From a virus (Duplodnaviria; Caudoviricetes), in IMG/VR virus record IMGVR_UViG_3300011112_000005, positions 1-45,022 of that record: a stretch of DNA of 45,022 nt; one strand, given 5' to 3'. The notes beneath the pieces were generated by a model. The model made no database searches, was not told where the DNA came from, and saw only the letters and a program-made list of their open reading frames with translations. Position 1 is the first letter of the stretch. Every line of letters starts with the position of its first letter. The position numbers were made by a program, and so were the translations under genes. This document shows, in pieces, positions 1 through 9,480 of this stretch.

Positions 1-1554
1 GGCGGTGGTGGCGGCGCGGGGGGCGGCCGCCAGCCGCTGAGCTTCGGGCAATCCGTCGGGGCGAGCGCTCTGGGGGGCATGGCGGCCAACGCCGCGGGTC
101 GTGGCAGCCAGGCCATGGCAGGCATTGCGCGGGGGCAGGGGGCGACCTCAATGGCCCTGGGCGCCATCCCCTTCGTCGGCCCGGCCCTGCAGGCGGCTGT
201 GCAGGCCGCAGAGAGCCTGACTGACATCGCGGTGGGCCATGCGCAGGCGATGACGGCTACGGCCGGTCAGACGGGCATGGGCGCCATGGGGGGCATGGGG
301 ATGGGGCGGCTCGGCGTGAGCCGTTCGCAGGTGCCCGGGCGTATGGCTGCGCTCGCGCAGTCGAGTGGCATGCGCGGGGCCAACCTGCAGAGCTTGGCGG
401 GGGCGGGCGCCCTGCGGATGCAAGAGCTGACTGGCGTCAATGCGGGGGGCATGGCGGGCGCCCTGGGCACGGCAGGCGGCAGCCAGAACGCCAAACAGGC
501 GATGAAGTTCACGGAAGAGGCCATCGCGGCAGGGATGGAATCGGGCATCCGCGATGGCAAGCTCCCGCAGTTCATTCAGACGATAGCCCAGAACATCGAA
601 AGCATGCGAAAGCAGGGCATCCAGGTGGACCCCCGCGGGCTCCCGAACCTCGTGCGCCAGCTGTCGAAATCCGGCCCCAGCCTGCAGGGCACAGCAGCTG
701 TTACAGCTGCGCAAGGAGGTGTCGCGGCGATAAAGGGCGCTGGGAAAGGCGGGGGCTTCATGGACGCCCTGGCGCTGCAGGTGGCCATGGGGACCACGGA
801 TCCCAAGACGGGCAAGAAACTGACTGCCTTTCAGGCTGAGCTGGCGTTGGAGGCAAACCCGGAGAAGTTCATACCCTTGATGATGGACCGGATCGGTCAG
901 ATGGGGGGTAGCGACGAGGGGAAAGCCAAGCTGATACAGCAATGGCAGGGCGGATCGCTAGCGCAGGCCTACGACATAGCTAGGGGTGCTTCGGCGGGGA
1001 AGTTTGCAGGGGGACCCGGGGCAGCAAACGCAGCGGGTGGCGCAGCCTTTGTGAATAGAGAAGAAGAAGCTCAACGTGGCGGCCGCGGGCTTTCGGCGAG
1101 CGCGGCCGCGCTGCAGGGCCGACAGATCGCAGCCGGCCAAGGGGTTGCTGGAGACGTGTTCGCGATGCGGGGCGCCGAGATGGGCATGGCCAAGCGTGGC
1201 GCAAAGCTGGGCGGCGCGGCGGGCAGGCTGGCAGCGGGCGCAATCGACAAGTACAGCAGCGCCCTGTCTTCCAACGATCCCATGGGCGAGGTCATGAAGA
1301 TATTCGCATCAGACATGGGGGGTATGTTCACGGGGATCGGGGATATCATAAGCAAGGCCATCAAGGACGCTACAGGGCTTGCGCCGGGCGAATCGGTGGG
1401 GGAGCTGAAGAAACAGCTGTCGACGCCGGAGGGCCGTGAAGAGGCGATGCAGGCGATGGTAAATATCCTGAAGGATATCTGGAAGTGGCTACAGAACTTG
1501 AACCCGGGCGAGTGGTTTACGGGCGGTATGGCTAACCTTGTGCCTGGGATATAG
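1..1554 (+). CDS. Tail tape measure protein, C-terminal part (5'-truncated by window edge)
   Basis: Frame is open from base 1 (ORF track starts at 79). Long Ala/Gly/Met-rich helical sequence directly upstream of baseplate hub and spike genes, the usual TMP position. Confidence 0.8.
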   Translation, partial: GGGGGAGGGRQPLSFGQSVGASALGGMAANAAGRGSQAMAGIARGQGATSMALGAIPFVGPALQAAVQAAESLTDIAVGHAQAMTATAGQTGMGAMGGMGMGRLGVSRSQVPGRMAALAQSSGMRGANLQSLAGAGALRMQELTGVNAGGMAGALGTAGGSQNAKQAMKFTEEAIAAGMESGIRDGKLPQFIQTIAQNIESMRKQGIQVDPRGLPNLVRQLSKSGPSLQGTAAVTAAQGGVAAIKGAGKGGGFMDALALQVAMGTTDPKTGKKLTAFQAELALEANPEKFIPLMMDRIGQMGGSDEGKAKLIQQWQGGSLAQAYDIARGASAGKFAGGPGAANAAGGAAFVNREEEAQRGGRGLSASAAALQGRQIAAGQGVAGDVFAMRGAEMGMAKRGAKLGGAAGRLAAGAIDKYSSALSSNDPMGEVMKIFASDMGGMFTGIGDIISKAIKDATGLAPGESVGELKKQLSTPEGREEAMQAMVNILKDIWKWLQNLNPGEWFTGGMANLVPGI

Positions 1555-1557
1555 CCC

Positions 1558-3456
1558 GTGGCTACTCTCGGGGCGCTCGTAGATTCGGCGGTGAGCGCGT
1601 TCGCGCCTGCTACCCCGCGCGGCCAGTCTGCTTCCCACCACACGAGGTGCTACGCAGCTTTCTTCGCGGATGAAGGATTCAGTGGCGCGGTGGATTCGAC
1701 GCCGGGCAGCGCGAAGGAACAGCCCTTCCACATCATCGGCTTGAATACGGCCAAGAGTTTCGGGCGTGCGGGCACCTGGACGCTCACGGTGAAGGGACGC
1801 AACGGCGAGGATGTGCAGGCGCTGTGGGACGACCCCGAGGATGTGTGGGTGCGCATCGTGGTCATCAAGGACGGCAGCCCGGCGGAGGTGATGTTCGGGC
1901 TGATGAACACGGTCACGGAGAGCATGACGCGGGGGGCGGATGGTGCGCGCAATGTGACGTACATGCTGAACGGCCTTGATTTCCACAAGGTGTTCGACAA
2001 GACACAGCTCCATATCAATATCCACGAGAACGCAGGGCAGCTGCCGATCATCCCGCTATACAACGCGGTATCTGAAAGCCTGATCGGCACACCCAACGAA
2101 ATCCTATCCATACTGTTGAAGGCGTGGCTGGGGAACAACGGTCTGGCCGACAAGCAATGGGCACTTCCCAGCGGCTTGGGCGCCTCATTCTTCTTTGACC
2201 TACTGGGCCTCGATTTCGGGGACTTGCGCGGTAAGATATTTGATCCCGCGCTGTACAGCCCTGATCAAATGATGGGTCGCTCGCTGTGGCAGGTCATGAC
2301 CGAGTACTCGAATGGCATGCTCAATGAGATGTACACCACGACCTACGAGGAGGTTCCGTTCGACGCCAATCGCCCTCCGCGGCCGCGACTGACTTTGCGG
2401 GAGCGGCCATTCCCGGTGCATGACAAGGGCAACCGGAGTTGGGAGGATTTACCGACGCACGATCTAGGGCTCGGCGATATCAAGACGAGGCGCATGTCGA
2501 AGGGCGCACCTGAGAGTCGGTACAACTACTGGCTGCTCGACGCCAAGGGGCTCACCGGCGACGGCCTTGGCGTGCAGTTGCAGATCCAGCAAGCATCGAA
2601 CCGAGAGAAGGGGGTTCCTGGATCCGGGACAATCTACAACATCGAAGATATCAGGCAGCATGGCTTTAGGAAGTTCATGCAGAGCACGCGCTACTTCCCA
2701 TTCCGTGAGGATCCAAAGTGGTTCGCACACGCCTCGCGATGGCTGCAAATGCTTCATGACTGGTATGCCGTCGCGCCGTTCGAACTGTCGGGCACGCTGT
2801 CTACGACTTCGATGTTCCCGAGCATCCAGATCGGCCAGCGCGTCCGCGAAGCTCGCAGGGGCGGAGGTCCCATCGTCTACTATGTAGAGGGTGTGACGAA
2901 CGATTGGCAGTTCCCGGGGGCGGGCACCACCGCGCTGAATCTGACGCGCGGAGAAACCGAGGGCCGCCCGTTGCTCGACATGGTCTACGATCGGATAACG
3001 GGTAGCGGGGTTTCCGCCTTTGACACCGCGCAAGAGGCAGCTACCGGGCTTATCGAGGGCACCTCGCTGGGTAGCGACATCCCCCATGGGTCGGGCCCGC
3101 GCCTCGACCGGGCAGTAGGCCAAATCAAGACTGCGGAGCGGATCTACTTGGCCCGGCAAGGGCACGTTGTTGATGACCAGCAGCACATCACTAGGGGCGA
3201 GTTGACGGGCAAGCAAGACGACGATGTGCCGGATCTTCGGCCTGCGGATCTACCTGATCAGCAGGTGAGTTTGGAGGACGAAATCTTGGTAGGGCGCGCC
3301 AAGCCGCGCGAGCGCACGCAAGGGGGTAGCCTATCTCAGCGGGAGTTGGAGTCCGGGCGGCCGATGCCGACATTGGAGCCGAAGGATAACAGCACCGAGA
3401 ACGCCGATCTAACGCGGGACCAGCAGGACGATAAGTGGCGGAGGCGGCGCCGATGA
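1558..3456 (+). CDS. Baseplate hub-like protein (T4 gp27 / Mu gp44 / P2 gpD type) with charged low-complexity C-terminal extension
   Basis: 632 aa between TMP and spike. 'AGTWTLTV..VMFGLMNTV..LNGLDFHKVF' and 'IQIGQRV..YYVEGVTNDWQF..TTALNLTRG' resemble hub beta-barrel signatures. Confidence 0.7.
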   Translation: MATLGALVDSAVSAFAPATPRGQSASHHTRCYAAFFADEGFSGAVDSTPGSAKEQPFHIIGLNTAKSFGRAGTWTLTVKGRNGEDVQALWDDPEDVWVRIVVIKDGSPAEVMFGLMNTVTESMTRGADGARNVTYMLNGLDFHKVFDKTQLHINIHENAGQLPIIPLYNAVSESLIGTPNEILSILLKAWLGNNGLADKQWALPSGLGASFFFDLLGLDFGDLRGKIFDPALYSPDQMMGRSLWQVMTEYSNGMLNEMYTTTYEEVPFDANRPPRPRLTLRERPFPVHDKGNRSWEDLPTHDLGLGDIKTRRMSKGAPESRYNYWLLDAKGLTGDGLGVQLQIQQASNREKGVPGSGTIYNIEDIRQHGFRKFMQSTRYFPFREDPKWFAHASRWLQMLHDWYAVAPFELSGTLSTTSMFPSIQIGQRVREARRGGGPIVYYVEGVTNDWQFPGAGTTALNLTRGETEGRPLLDMVYDRITGSGVSAFDTAQEAATGLIEGTSLGSDIPHGSGPRLDRAVGQIKTAERIYLARQGHVVDDQQHITRGELTGKQDDDVPDLRPADLPDQQVSLEDEILVGRAKPRERTQGGSLSQRELESGRPMPTLEPKDNSTENADLTRDQQDDKWRRRRR

Positions 3457-4592
3457 GCAGGAACAGGACGCATGTCGATCTGCAAACCGGGCGTACGATC
3501 AAGAGCGGCCTGAACCTGCACGAAGAGGGGCAGCAGGACGTCTACACCCCGCGGGGCACTATCTATCGGGCGGTCGTGCTGCGGACATTCGCGACCAATG
3601 ACCCCGTGCGCACGGAAGGCCAGCGTAAAGACAGCACGCGGCTTTACGAGATCGAGTGCGATATCCTACTCACACGCGCACTAGTACACAAGCTTCGTGT
3701 GCCCGTGATGCAACGCAGCCATGGCGTCAACGATGCGGACCTGTGGAAGCCTCGCCCCAGCACGCGCGTGATCGGAACGGCGGGGCTCAGCATCACGCGT
3801 ACGTCGCTCCGCGGGACGCCTAGCCAGCTTCCCCCGAATCTCGAAGACCTCGACGGTGACCAGGTGCTGGTGCAGTTCATTGAGGGGGACCCGGAAAAGC
3901 CGATCATCGTGGGGGCTATGAGCCACTCGAAGACGAAACGGCTGGTCATTGAGGGCAGTGGTTGGAGCCCTGGGACTGGCGGGGCGAGCACCCGAGGTAC
4001 GCCAGAACTCGATGAGCGGTACGAGCGGTACCGAGGTACGGAAATCCGCATCAACGACAACGGCGACATGCTCTGGGATACGGTTGCCGCGAACCCTGTC
4101 GACCCTGACACCGAGGTACCCAACCCTGCGAGCGGCGGGCAGGTGCGTTTCCGCCTCAAGGGCCCGACTTCCGGGATTGTCGAGTCGCAGCACTTCGTCG
4201 TCGAGATCGACGGCACCGACATCTTGGATATGTTCGAGACGCTTGCCGGGCTACCTCGGATCCAAATGGTCGGCGGCAGCGAGCAGTTTATCCGGGGCAC
4301 CACGCATGCGGCCAACTTGCGCACGCTCATGACGGCGACAGCGACGTTTGCGAATATCGCGGCGACAGCATGCGCGGCGGCCGATGTGGTGTCTCAGTCG
4401 CTGCCTATATTCGCGCCGTACATACCCGTGTGGGTGGCGCTGGGGAATGCCTTTGCGACATGGGGCGGGATGCTACTCCCTGTCCCGAGTTCTGCGGTAT
4501 TACCTGTGCCCCCTGCGACTGCCCCTGTGGGTGTCTTTTCCGCGACGCTGGTGGATGGCGTGGCGTTGTCCACGAAGATCACCGGGGATTGA
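3453..4592 (+). CDS. Baseplate central spike (gp5/gpV/VgrG-type N-terminal OB fold)
   Basis: 'GDQVLVQFIEGDPEKPIIVG' is the hallmark of the gp5/VgrG OB fold. Start placed at ATG 3453 (ATGA overlap with hub stop). Confidence 0.8.
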   Translation: MSRNRTHVDLQTGRTIKSGLNLHEEGQQDVYTPRGTIYRAVVLRTFATNDPVRTEGQRKDSTRLYEIECDILLTRALVHKLRVPVMQRSHGVNDADLWKPRPSTRVIGTAGLSITRTSLRGTPSQLPPNLEDLDGDQVLVQFIEGDPEKPIIVGAMSHSKTKRLVIEGSGWSPGTGGASTRGTPELDERYERYRGTEIRINDNGDMLWDTVAANPVDPDTEVPNPASGGQVRFRLKGPTSGIVESQHFVVEIDGTDILDMFETLAGLPRIQMVGGSEQFIRGTTHAANLRTLMTATATFANIAATACAAADVVSQSLPIFAPYIPVWVALGNAFATWGGMLLPVPSSAVLPVPPATAPVGVFSATLVDGVALSTKITGD

Positions 4593-4606
4593 GGTAGGCT
4601 GATCCT

Positions 4607-6388
4607 GTGGCACTTCTTCGCAACGCACAGACCACCCTGAACGCAGTGGTGCCCGGCCTCCCGCTGGGCGACATTCTGTTGGGGGACATTGGTGCGTTCA
4701 AGAAAGGCTTCGTGTTCGAGGTCATCGACACGGGCGCCGACTTTCAGGGCCACGAAGCGCTGATCACCAAAAGCCTAGTACTCAATCCGCGGCGTTACAC
4801 GATATCAGAGCCGTTCACGAGCACCCTGACTCCGTCCGAGGATGACACGGTCGTCGCCGAAGAAAACGGCATCCTCATCCGTGAGATCACGATCGAGGGC
4901 ACCACCGGAATCACCAATAAGACAGAAGACGCGCTCAGCCGTGGCGGCGCAGTTGGGACTGGTGCCAGCGGTGTGGAGCACTTCCACCAGCTGCGGGATA
5001 TGTTCCGTGAATACAGTCGCCTGAAGAAGGATCCCATACTCGCCCCGCGCATACGCATGATCTTCCACAACGTCAAAGAGGACGATCATTTCGTTGTTGT
5101 CCCCCGGGTGTTCGAGACCCCGCGGGATGCGTCGAGCAACCGCTTTCACCTGAACTACCGCATCACGCTTGCGGCTATCCAACCATACCCGCCGCCACCC
5201 AAGAAGACGGACTTGCTGGGCGAGCTAGGCAAGTTCGGGCGGGTGATCAAGGATATTACTACAGCGCTCAACTTCGCGCGTGCGAACCTCGTAGAGTTGA
5301 TCGACGCCACCGAGATCCTACGCAGCAGGATAAGGAACCCCGAGGAGTTCCTTATCAATAGCGCCCTGTGCATCAACGCAGTAGCCGATCTAGTTGACGG
5401 CGTGACCATCACGATTGCGCTGTCACAGGAGTTCTACGAGGTGAACGCCGATCTACTTGAAACGGTGCAAGAGCAGCTTGAAAATGATATCGATTCGCCG
5501 CCGACAGAAGTTGAGTTTCGCTTGGCGCGGATCATCAAAGACCTACGTTCAGCGCTGGAGCGAGTACAGCAGCACACCGAGCAGTTCTCCCCGCCCCTGG
5601 GCGAGGATATATCCGCCCCTTTCGCGGGCGATCGAAATCTGACAAACGCAGATCTCAAGGACAATACCGCAGGCGCTTCAAAGGGCACACGTACACGGCT
5701 TGTGTTGGGCGGGGGCCGTAACTTAGGGCTGAACCTAGGGGCCTTCAACAGCACGCGGCTGAGCAGCATCGCGGCGGGCAGTACCATTGACGGTATCGCA
5801 ACTCGGGAGAACGTGCCGCGTGAGGCACTGATCGCCCTCAACAACCTACGCTTCCCCTACATCGCGCGCGGGGGAGGGCCTGGTACACTGGAGCCGGGCG
5901 ATCCCATACTCATCCCGGTGAGGGCGGCAGGCCAAAGGACCAACACGTCGCCGAGCGGGGAGTACCTGACCCCTGAGGAGATATTGTACGGGGTGGATCT
6001 CGCGCTGGACCCGGCCCTCGCAGAAGTAGGCGTCTTCGACATTCTGGTGGATGTCACGCACGGCGCACTTGATGCGCAGCTCGTGAAGGGACTCTCCAAT
6101 GCAACGCAGGGCATCCAGATCATCGTGAGTACGGAGCGTGGCGCAACTGATTTCATCCCTGATTTAGGCATCAAGCGTACGCCGGGTGTGCAGGGGACTG
6201 TCCGTAACATGCTGGTCGCGAGCATGTATTTACGTGAGGCTATCTTGAGCGATCCGCGCGTGGAGTCGATCATCAGTACCCGTATCCAGTTGACGGGTGA
6301 TGTCCTGACCCAGGAGATTTCGCCCCAGCTGATCGGCGACCGGGACAACGTCACTGTGGTAGTACCATTTGGAAAGGCTGCGCAGTAA
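4607..6388 (+). CDS. Multidomain baseplate protein: tube-initiator-like N-terminus + LysM + gp25/gpW-like C-terminus
   Basis: LysM-like 'IAAGSTIDGIATRENV..LIALNNL..LEPGDPILIP' (~5765-5917). gp25-like 'LVKGLSNATQGI..STERG..PDLG..AILSDPRVESI' (~5980-6385). Lies directly upstream of baseplate J. Confidence 0.75.
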   Translation: MALLRNAQTTLNAVVPGLPLGDILLGDIGAFKKGFVFEVIDTGADFQGHEALITKSLVLNPRRYTISEPFTSTLTPSEDDTVVAEENGILIREITIEGTTGITNKTEDALSRGGAVGTGASGVEHFHQLRDMFREYSRLKKDPILAPRIRMIFHNVKEDDHFVVVPRVFETPRDASSNRFHLNYRITLAAIQPYPPPPKKTDLLGELGKFGRVIKDITTALNFARANLVELIDATEILRSRIRNPEEFLINSALCINAVADLVDGVTITIALSQEFYEVNADLLETVQEQLENDIDSPPTEVEFRLARIIKDLRSALERVQQHTEQFSPPLGEDISAPFAGDRNLTNADLKDNTAGASKGTRTRLVLGGGRNLGLNLGAFNSTRLSSIAAGSTIDGIATRENVPREALIALNNLRFPYIARGGGPGTLEPGDPILIPVRAAGQRTNTSPSGEYLTPEEILYGVDLALDPALAEVGVFDILVDVTHGALDAQLVKGLSNATQGIQIIVSTERGATDFIPDLGIKRTPGVQGTVRNMLVASMYLREAILSDPRVESIISTRIQLTGDVLTQEISPQLIGDRDNVTVVVPFGKAAQ

Positions 6389-7774
6389 ATGCCCCTATTC
6401 AAGCCCCGAGCCCGCCCAGAGATTTTGCGAGACATGATCGCGCGCGTGATTGCGCGCTCGACCCTGGTGGGCCTACTGCGCAACAGCGTGGTGTTCCACA
6501 CGCTGGCAGCGGCTGCGGACGAAGACGCCGAACAGTATTTCCAACTGGTGAACCTGCGCGCCGTGTTCTCGATCGACAAGGCAACAGGCTCCGACCTTGA
6601 CGAGCGGGCACTGGAAATCCAGCCCGGGACGATCAAGCGCCGCAAGAGTCTGTTCGCCAGTGGTGACGTCACCTTGTTTCGGCAGGGCACCGTGGGGAAT
6701 CTGAATATCCCAGCGGGTACCATCGTGGCGGCCGAGGATGAGGGTGGTCAGGTCAAGTACCGCACCACAGTCGCGGCGACGATTCTGGCGGGGTTCGATC
6801 AGGTGATCGGGATCGGCGTTGTGGCGCTCGAAGCGGGCAGCCGGGGCAACGCGGCCGCGGGGACCATCAACCAGATCGTGAGCCGCACACCCGGCCTTAC
6901 CGCGGTATCCAACCCCGCGTCGTTCGATAACGGCCAGGATCGCGAGGGCGACGATAGATTTCGCGCCCGGCTCAAGCTCTACGTGCAGGGCCTGTCCCGT
7001 GGCACCCCGGTCGCCATCCGATCCTTTGCGCTCAATGTGCAGCTCACTGACGGGCGTCGGGTGCTGTTCGCAAGCGTGTTCGAGCCGATCCTCCCCACGG
7101 GCAGCTACGACGTATTCATCGACGACGGGGCGGGGAACGTCGACGAGTTTAGCAACGCGTTCATCGGCCCAGTGGACACCCTGATCAGCCCTGCGATCGG
7201 CGGTGAGATCAATGTGTTCACATCTGCACGCCCGATCCGCGATGACGGATCCTTCGTGGCCTTCAAAAATGCAGTCGCGATGGTGCGCGGGGTGGACTAC
7301 GTCATGAACTCGGCCAACGGACAGTTGGAACTCGTGGCGGCCCTCGTGACAGGCGACATTATCACGGCCAACTACCGCTTCTACACAGGCCTCATCCAGG
7401 AGACTCAGCGTGTCGTCGACGGCGACCGAGCCACCCTGGTGACCCACCCTGGCGTGCGCGCGGCGGGAACTCGCGCGGTTGTGAAGCCCGCCAACGTAGT
7501 TTTTCAAACGCTTGCGGCCAGCATTTCGGCTGCCAGCGACTTCGATGTCAGCTCGGTTATCGAGCAAGTAACTGCGGCGATTCAGGGCTACATCAACAAC
7601 TTGGATATCGGTGAATCGGTCATCGTGGCTGAGATCACGGAGCGCGCAATGGCCGTCGATGGGATGTTCAACTTCCAGATCACCGATTTGAGCGGTACAT
7701 TTCCAGCGGTGGACCAGTTCATCCTACCAAACCAGGTGGCCCGCATCGTGTCGGCGAACCTGACCATCGTCTGA
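6389..7774 (+). CDS. Baseplate J-like wedge protein (T4 gp6 / P2 gpJ family)
   Basis: Classic motifs 'ATGSDLD', 'IPAGTIV', 'AGSRGN', 'GQDREGDDRFRAR', 'RGTPVAI', 'YINNLDIGESV'. Confidence 0.92.
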   Translation: MPLFKPRARPEILRDMIARVIARSTLVGLLRNSVVFHTLAAAADEDAEQYFQLVNLRAVFSIDKATGSDLDERALEIQPGTIKRRKSLFASGDVTLFRQGTVGNLNIPAGTIVAAEDEGGQVKYRTTVAATILAGFDQVIGIGVVALEAGSRGNAAAGTINQIVSRTPGLTAVSNPASFDNGQDREGDDRFRARLKLYVQGLSRGTPVAIRSFALNVQLTDGRRVLFASVFEPILPTGSYDVFIDDGAGNVDEFSNAFIGPVDTLISPAIGGEINVFTSARPIRDDGSFVAFKNAVAMVRGVDYVMNSANGQLELVAALVTGDIITANYRFYTGLIQETQRVVDGDRATLVTHPGVRAAGTRAVVKPANVVFQTLAASISAASDFDVSSVIEQVTAAIQGYINNLDIGESVIVAEITERAMAVDGMFNFQITDLSGTFPAVDQFILPNQVARIVSANLTIV

Positions 7775-7785
7775 GGCAACCAAAT

Positions 7786-8844
7786 ATGACCGCACAAATC
7801 GTCTTTGATGCAGGGGGAGGGCCGGTCGTTGGATCGATCTACCTACCTGGCTCTGACGTGAGTACGCCTGTCACAGCCTCGAACGCAGATAACACGGGCG
7901 TATCCGGCTTCCGCTGGGAGATGCTGGATGCCCCAGCCCCGAGCGTGCTCAACCAACCACTCCCGCCCGCGACATTTGGCAGCACTGAAGTATTCGTACC
8001 GGACGTGAAGGGCCACACGATCCTCGTGCGACTCACGACCTACACGGACCTGGCTCGAACCATCGTCGACGCGGTGAGCCAAGAGACCATCAAGGTCAGA
8101 TTCGATCCGCCCTTCGACTGGGTTATCCCGGCAGCACAGGAGTCCGTCGAGGCCAATGAGATCCGCGGCTGGGCCGAAGACGTCAACACCATCCTGCGGG
8201 ATATTCACGGCATCATTCAGAGTGCGGGAGCGGGTGCGAGCTTCCGCGTGATTTTGCCTGGCGAATCGAAGTCAGTCGGCCCCAACTCGCGGTCGTTCTT
8301 CGGTCCTGACGTCAACATTGAAGCTGGCGGCGACCTCAGTATCTCCGATCCGCTGGGCGATCTGTCCGGATTCACCCACCGCGAGAATCACACGGTAGAT
8401 GTGATCCCCTACGGCGGCTCGCGGTTTATTCAGGGCGAGGAAGTCATGCGCGTCGAGCAGCTGACTGTGGCGGGCCGCCTGGTCGTCTACGGGCGCCTGC
8501 AGGAGATTGCGCCCGCGGATGCGCAGCTGGCTGCTTACACCACGCTCGACCCCCTCACGCGGAGTGCCAACTTCGGGATGTTGCCGAAGCTCCGTCATCC
8601 AGTAGATATCAGCGCAGGCAATGTGATCGCAGAGCTTCCGCTTGCGGGGCTCGTGCCCACCGACACGGAATCGTGGGTTATCATCGAGGGCGATGCCAAC
8701 GGCAACACGCTGTCGATAGCAACCCAGCCCGGGGACACGCTGGGCAAGCTGGCAGCTCCGAAGACAGTCGAGCCGTTGGTTACAAGCCTGGCATTCGCAG
8801 GATTCCGATCGAATGGTGTCAATGTTTGGTACCAGTTCACGTAG
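7786..8844 (+). CDS. Tail fibre / baseplate-associated structural protein
   Basis: 352 aa, beta-rich. PKD/Ig-like N-terminus ('FRWEMLDAP..FVPDVKG'). C-terminal domain shared with three neighbouring genes. Confidence 0.6.
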   Translation: MTAQIVFDAGGGPVVGSIYLPGSDVSTPVTASNADNTGVSGFRWEMLDAPAPSVLNQPLPPATFGSTEVFVPDVKGHTILVRLTTYTDLARTIVDAVSQETIKVRFDPPFDWVIPAAQESVEANEIRGWAEDVNTILRDIHGIIQSAGAGASFRVILPGESKSVGPNSRSFFGPDVNIEAGGDLSISDPLGDLSGFTHRENHTVDVIPYGGSRFIQGEEVMRVEQLTVAGRLVVYGRLQEIAPADAQLAAYTTLDPLTRSANFGMLPKLRHPVDISAGNVIAELPLAGLVPTDTESWVIIEGDANGNTLSIATQPGDTLGKLAAPKTVEPLVTSLAFAGFRSNGVNVWYQFT

Positions 8845-8861
8845 GCTTTTGAGGAGATCCC

Positions 8862-9476
8862 ATGAGTTCCGTCACACAGACCAAAGTTGATCCAACCTCA
8901 GTGCCTACCCCGGCGGCGGGGCAGACTGCCCAAATCGTCGATCTCGCGGGCGTTCGCCGGGCAAAGCAAGACGATGGGTCGGTCGATCCGGATAGCCCCA
9001 ACGTCGCGACCTCCATCGAGCCGAGCAGCCCGAGCACGCCGATCCCAATCACGGGTGGTGCGGGCACCGTGGGCGCCGTGCTCACGAAGACGACCGACAC
9101 GGGTAACGGCGAGCTAGGGTTGGAAGATCCACGTGCTTTCGGTACGAGCCGCAACACCGTGCAGCTGCGCGGGCCCGTGACCGCGGGCGCGCAGACGAAT
9201 GACCTACAGCTCGGGGAAAAGCTGGTTGTGGACCTCGAAGCCATCGCGGGCCCGCACGAGGTGCTGCTGCCTTCGGCGGCAGACCCGTTGGACGCGGGGC
9301 GCTCCGTCAGCATCAAGATCTTCGGAGACGCCGATGGCCAGACGCTCACGCTCACGCCCGACGGCGGCGACCTACTTGATAAGGATCAGGCCACGCGCAC
9401 ACTGACCGTCGACCGCCAGTTCGTCACATACAGCGTCCGCTTCGGTGGCGGCGGGTGGCTGGAGGGCAGCGAGTAG
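8862..9476 (+). CDS. Tail fibre-like structural protein
   Basis: GAGGAG RBS before ATG 8862. C-terminal 'VD..VLLPSA..G..V.IK..GDA.G.TLTL.PDGGD.LD..W' domain shared with neighbours. Confidence 0.6.
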   Translation: MSSVTQTKVDPTSVPTPAAGQTAQIVDLAGVRRAKQDDGSVDPDSPNVATSIEPSSPSTPIPITGGAGTVGAVLTKTTDTGNGELGLEDPRAFGTSRNTVQLRGPVTAGAQTNDLQLGEKLVVDLEAIAGPHEVLLPSAADPLDAGRSVSIKIFGDADGQTLTLTPDGGDLLDKDQATRTLTVDRQFVTYSVRFGGGGWLEGSE

Positions 9477-9480
9477 CGTC

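Noticed and set aside
1558-7774. Bacterial T6SS, eCIS or tailocin interpretation of the spike/gp25/baseplate J genes
   Set aside because: They are contiguous with a tape measure, tailspike, lysis genes and a full phage replication module; there are no Tss membrane-complex genes.
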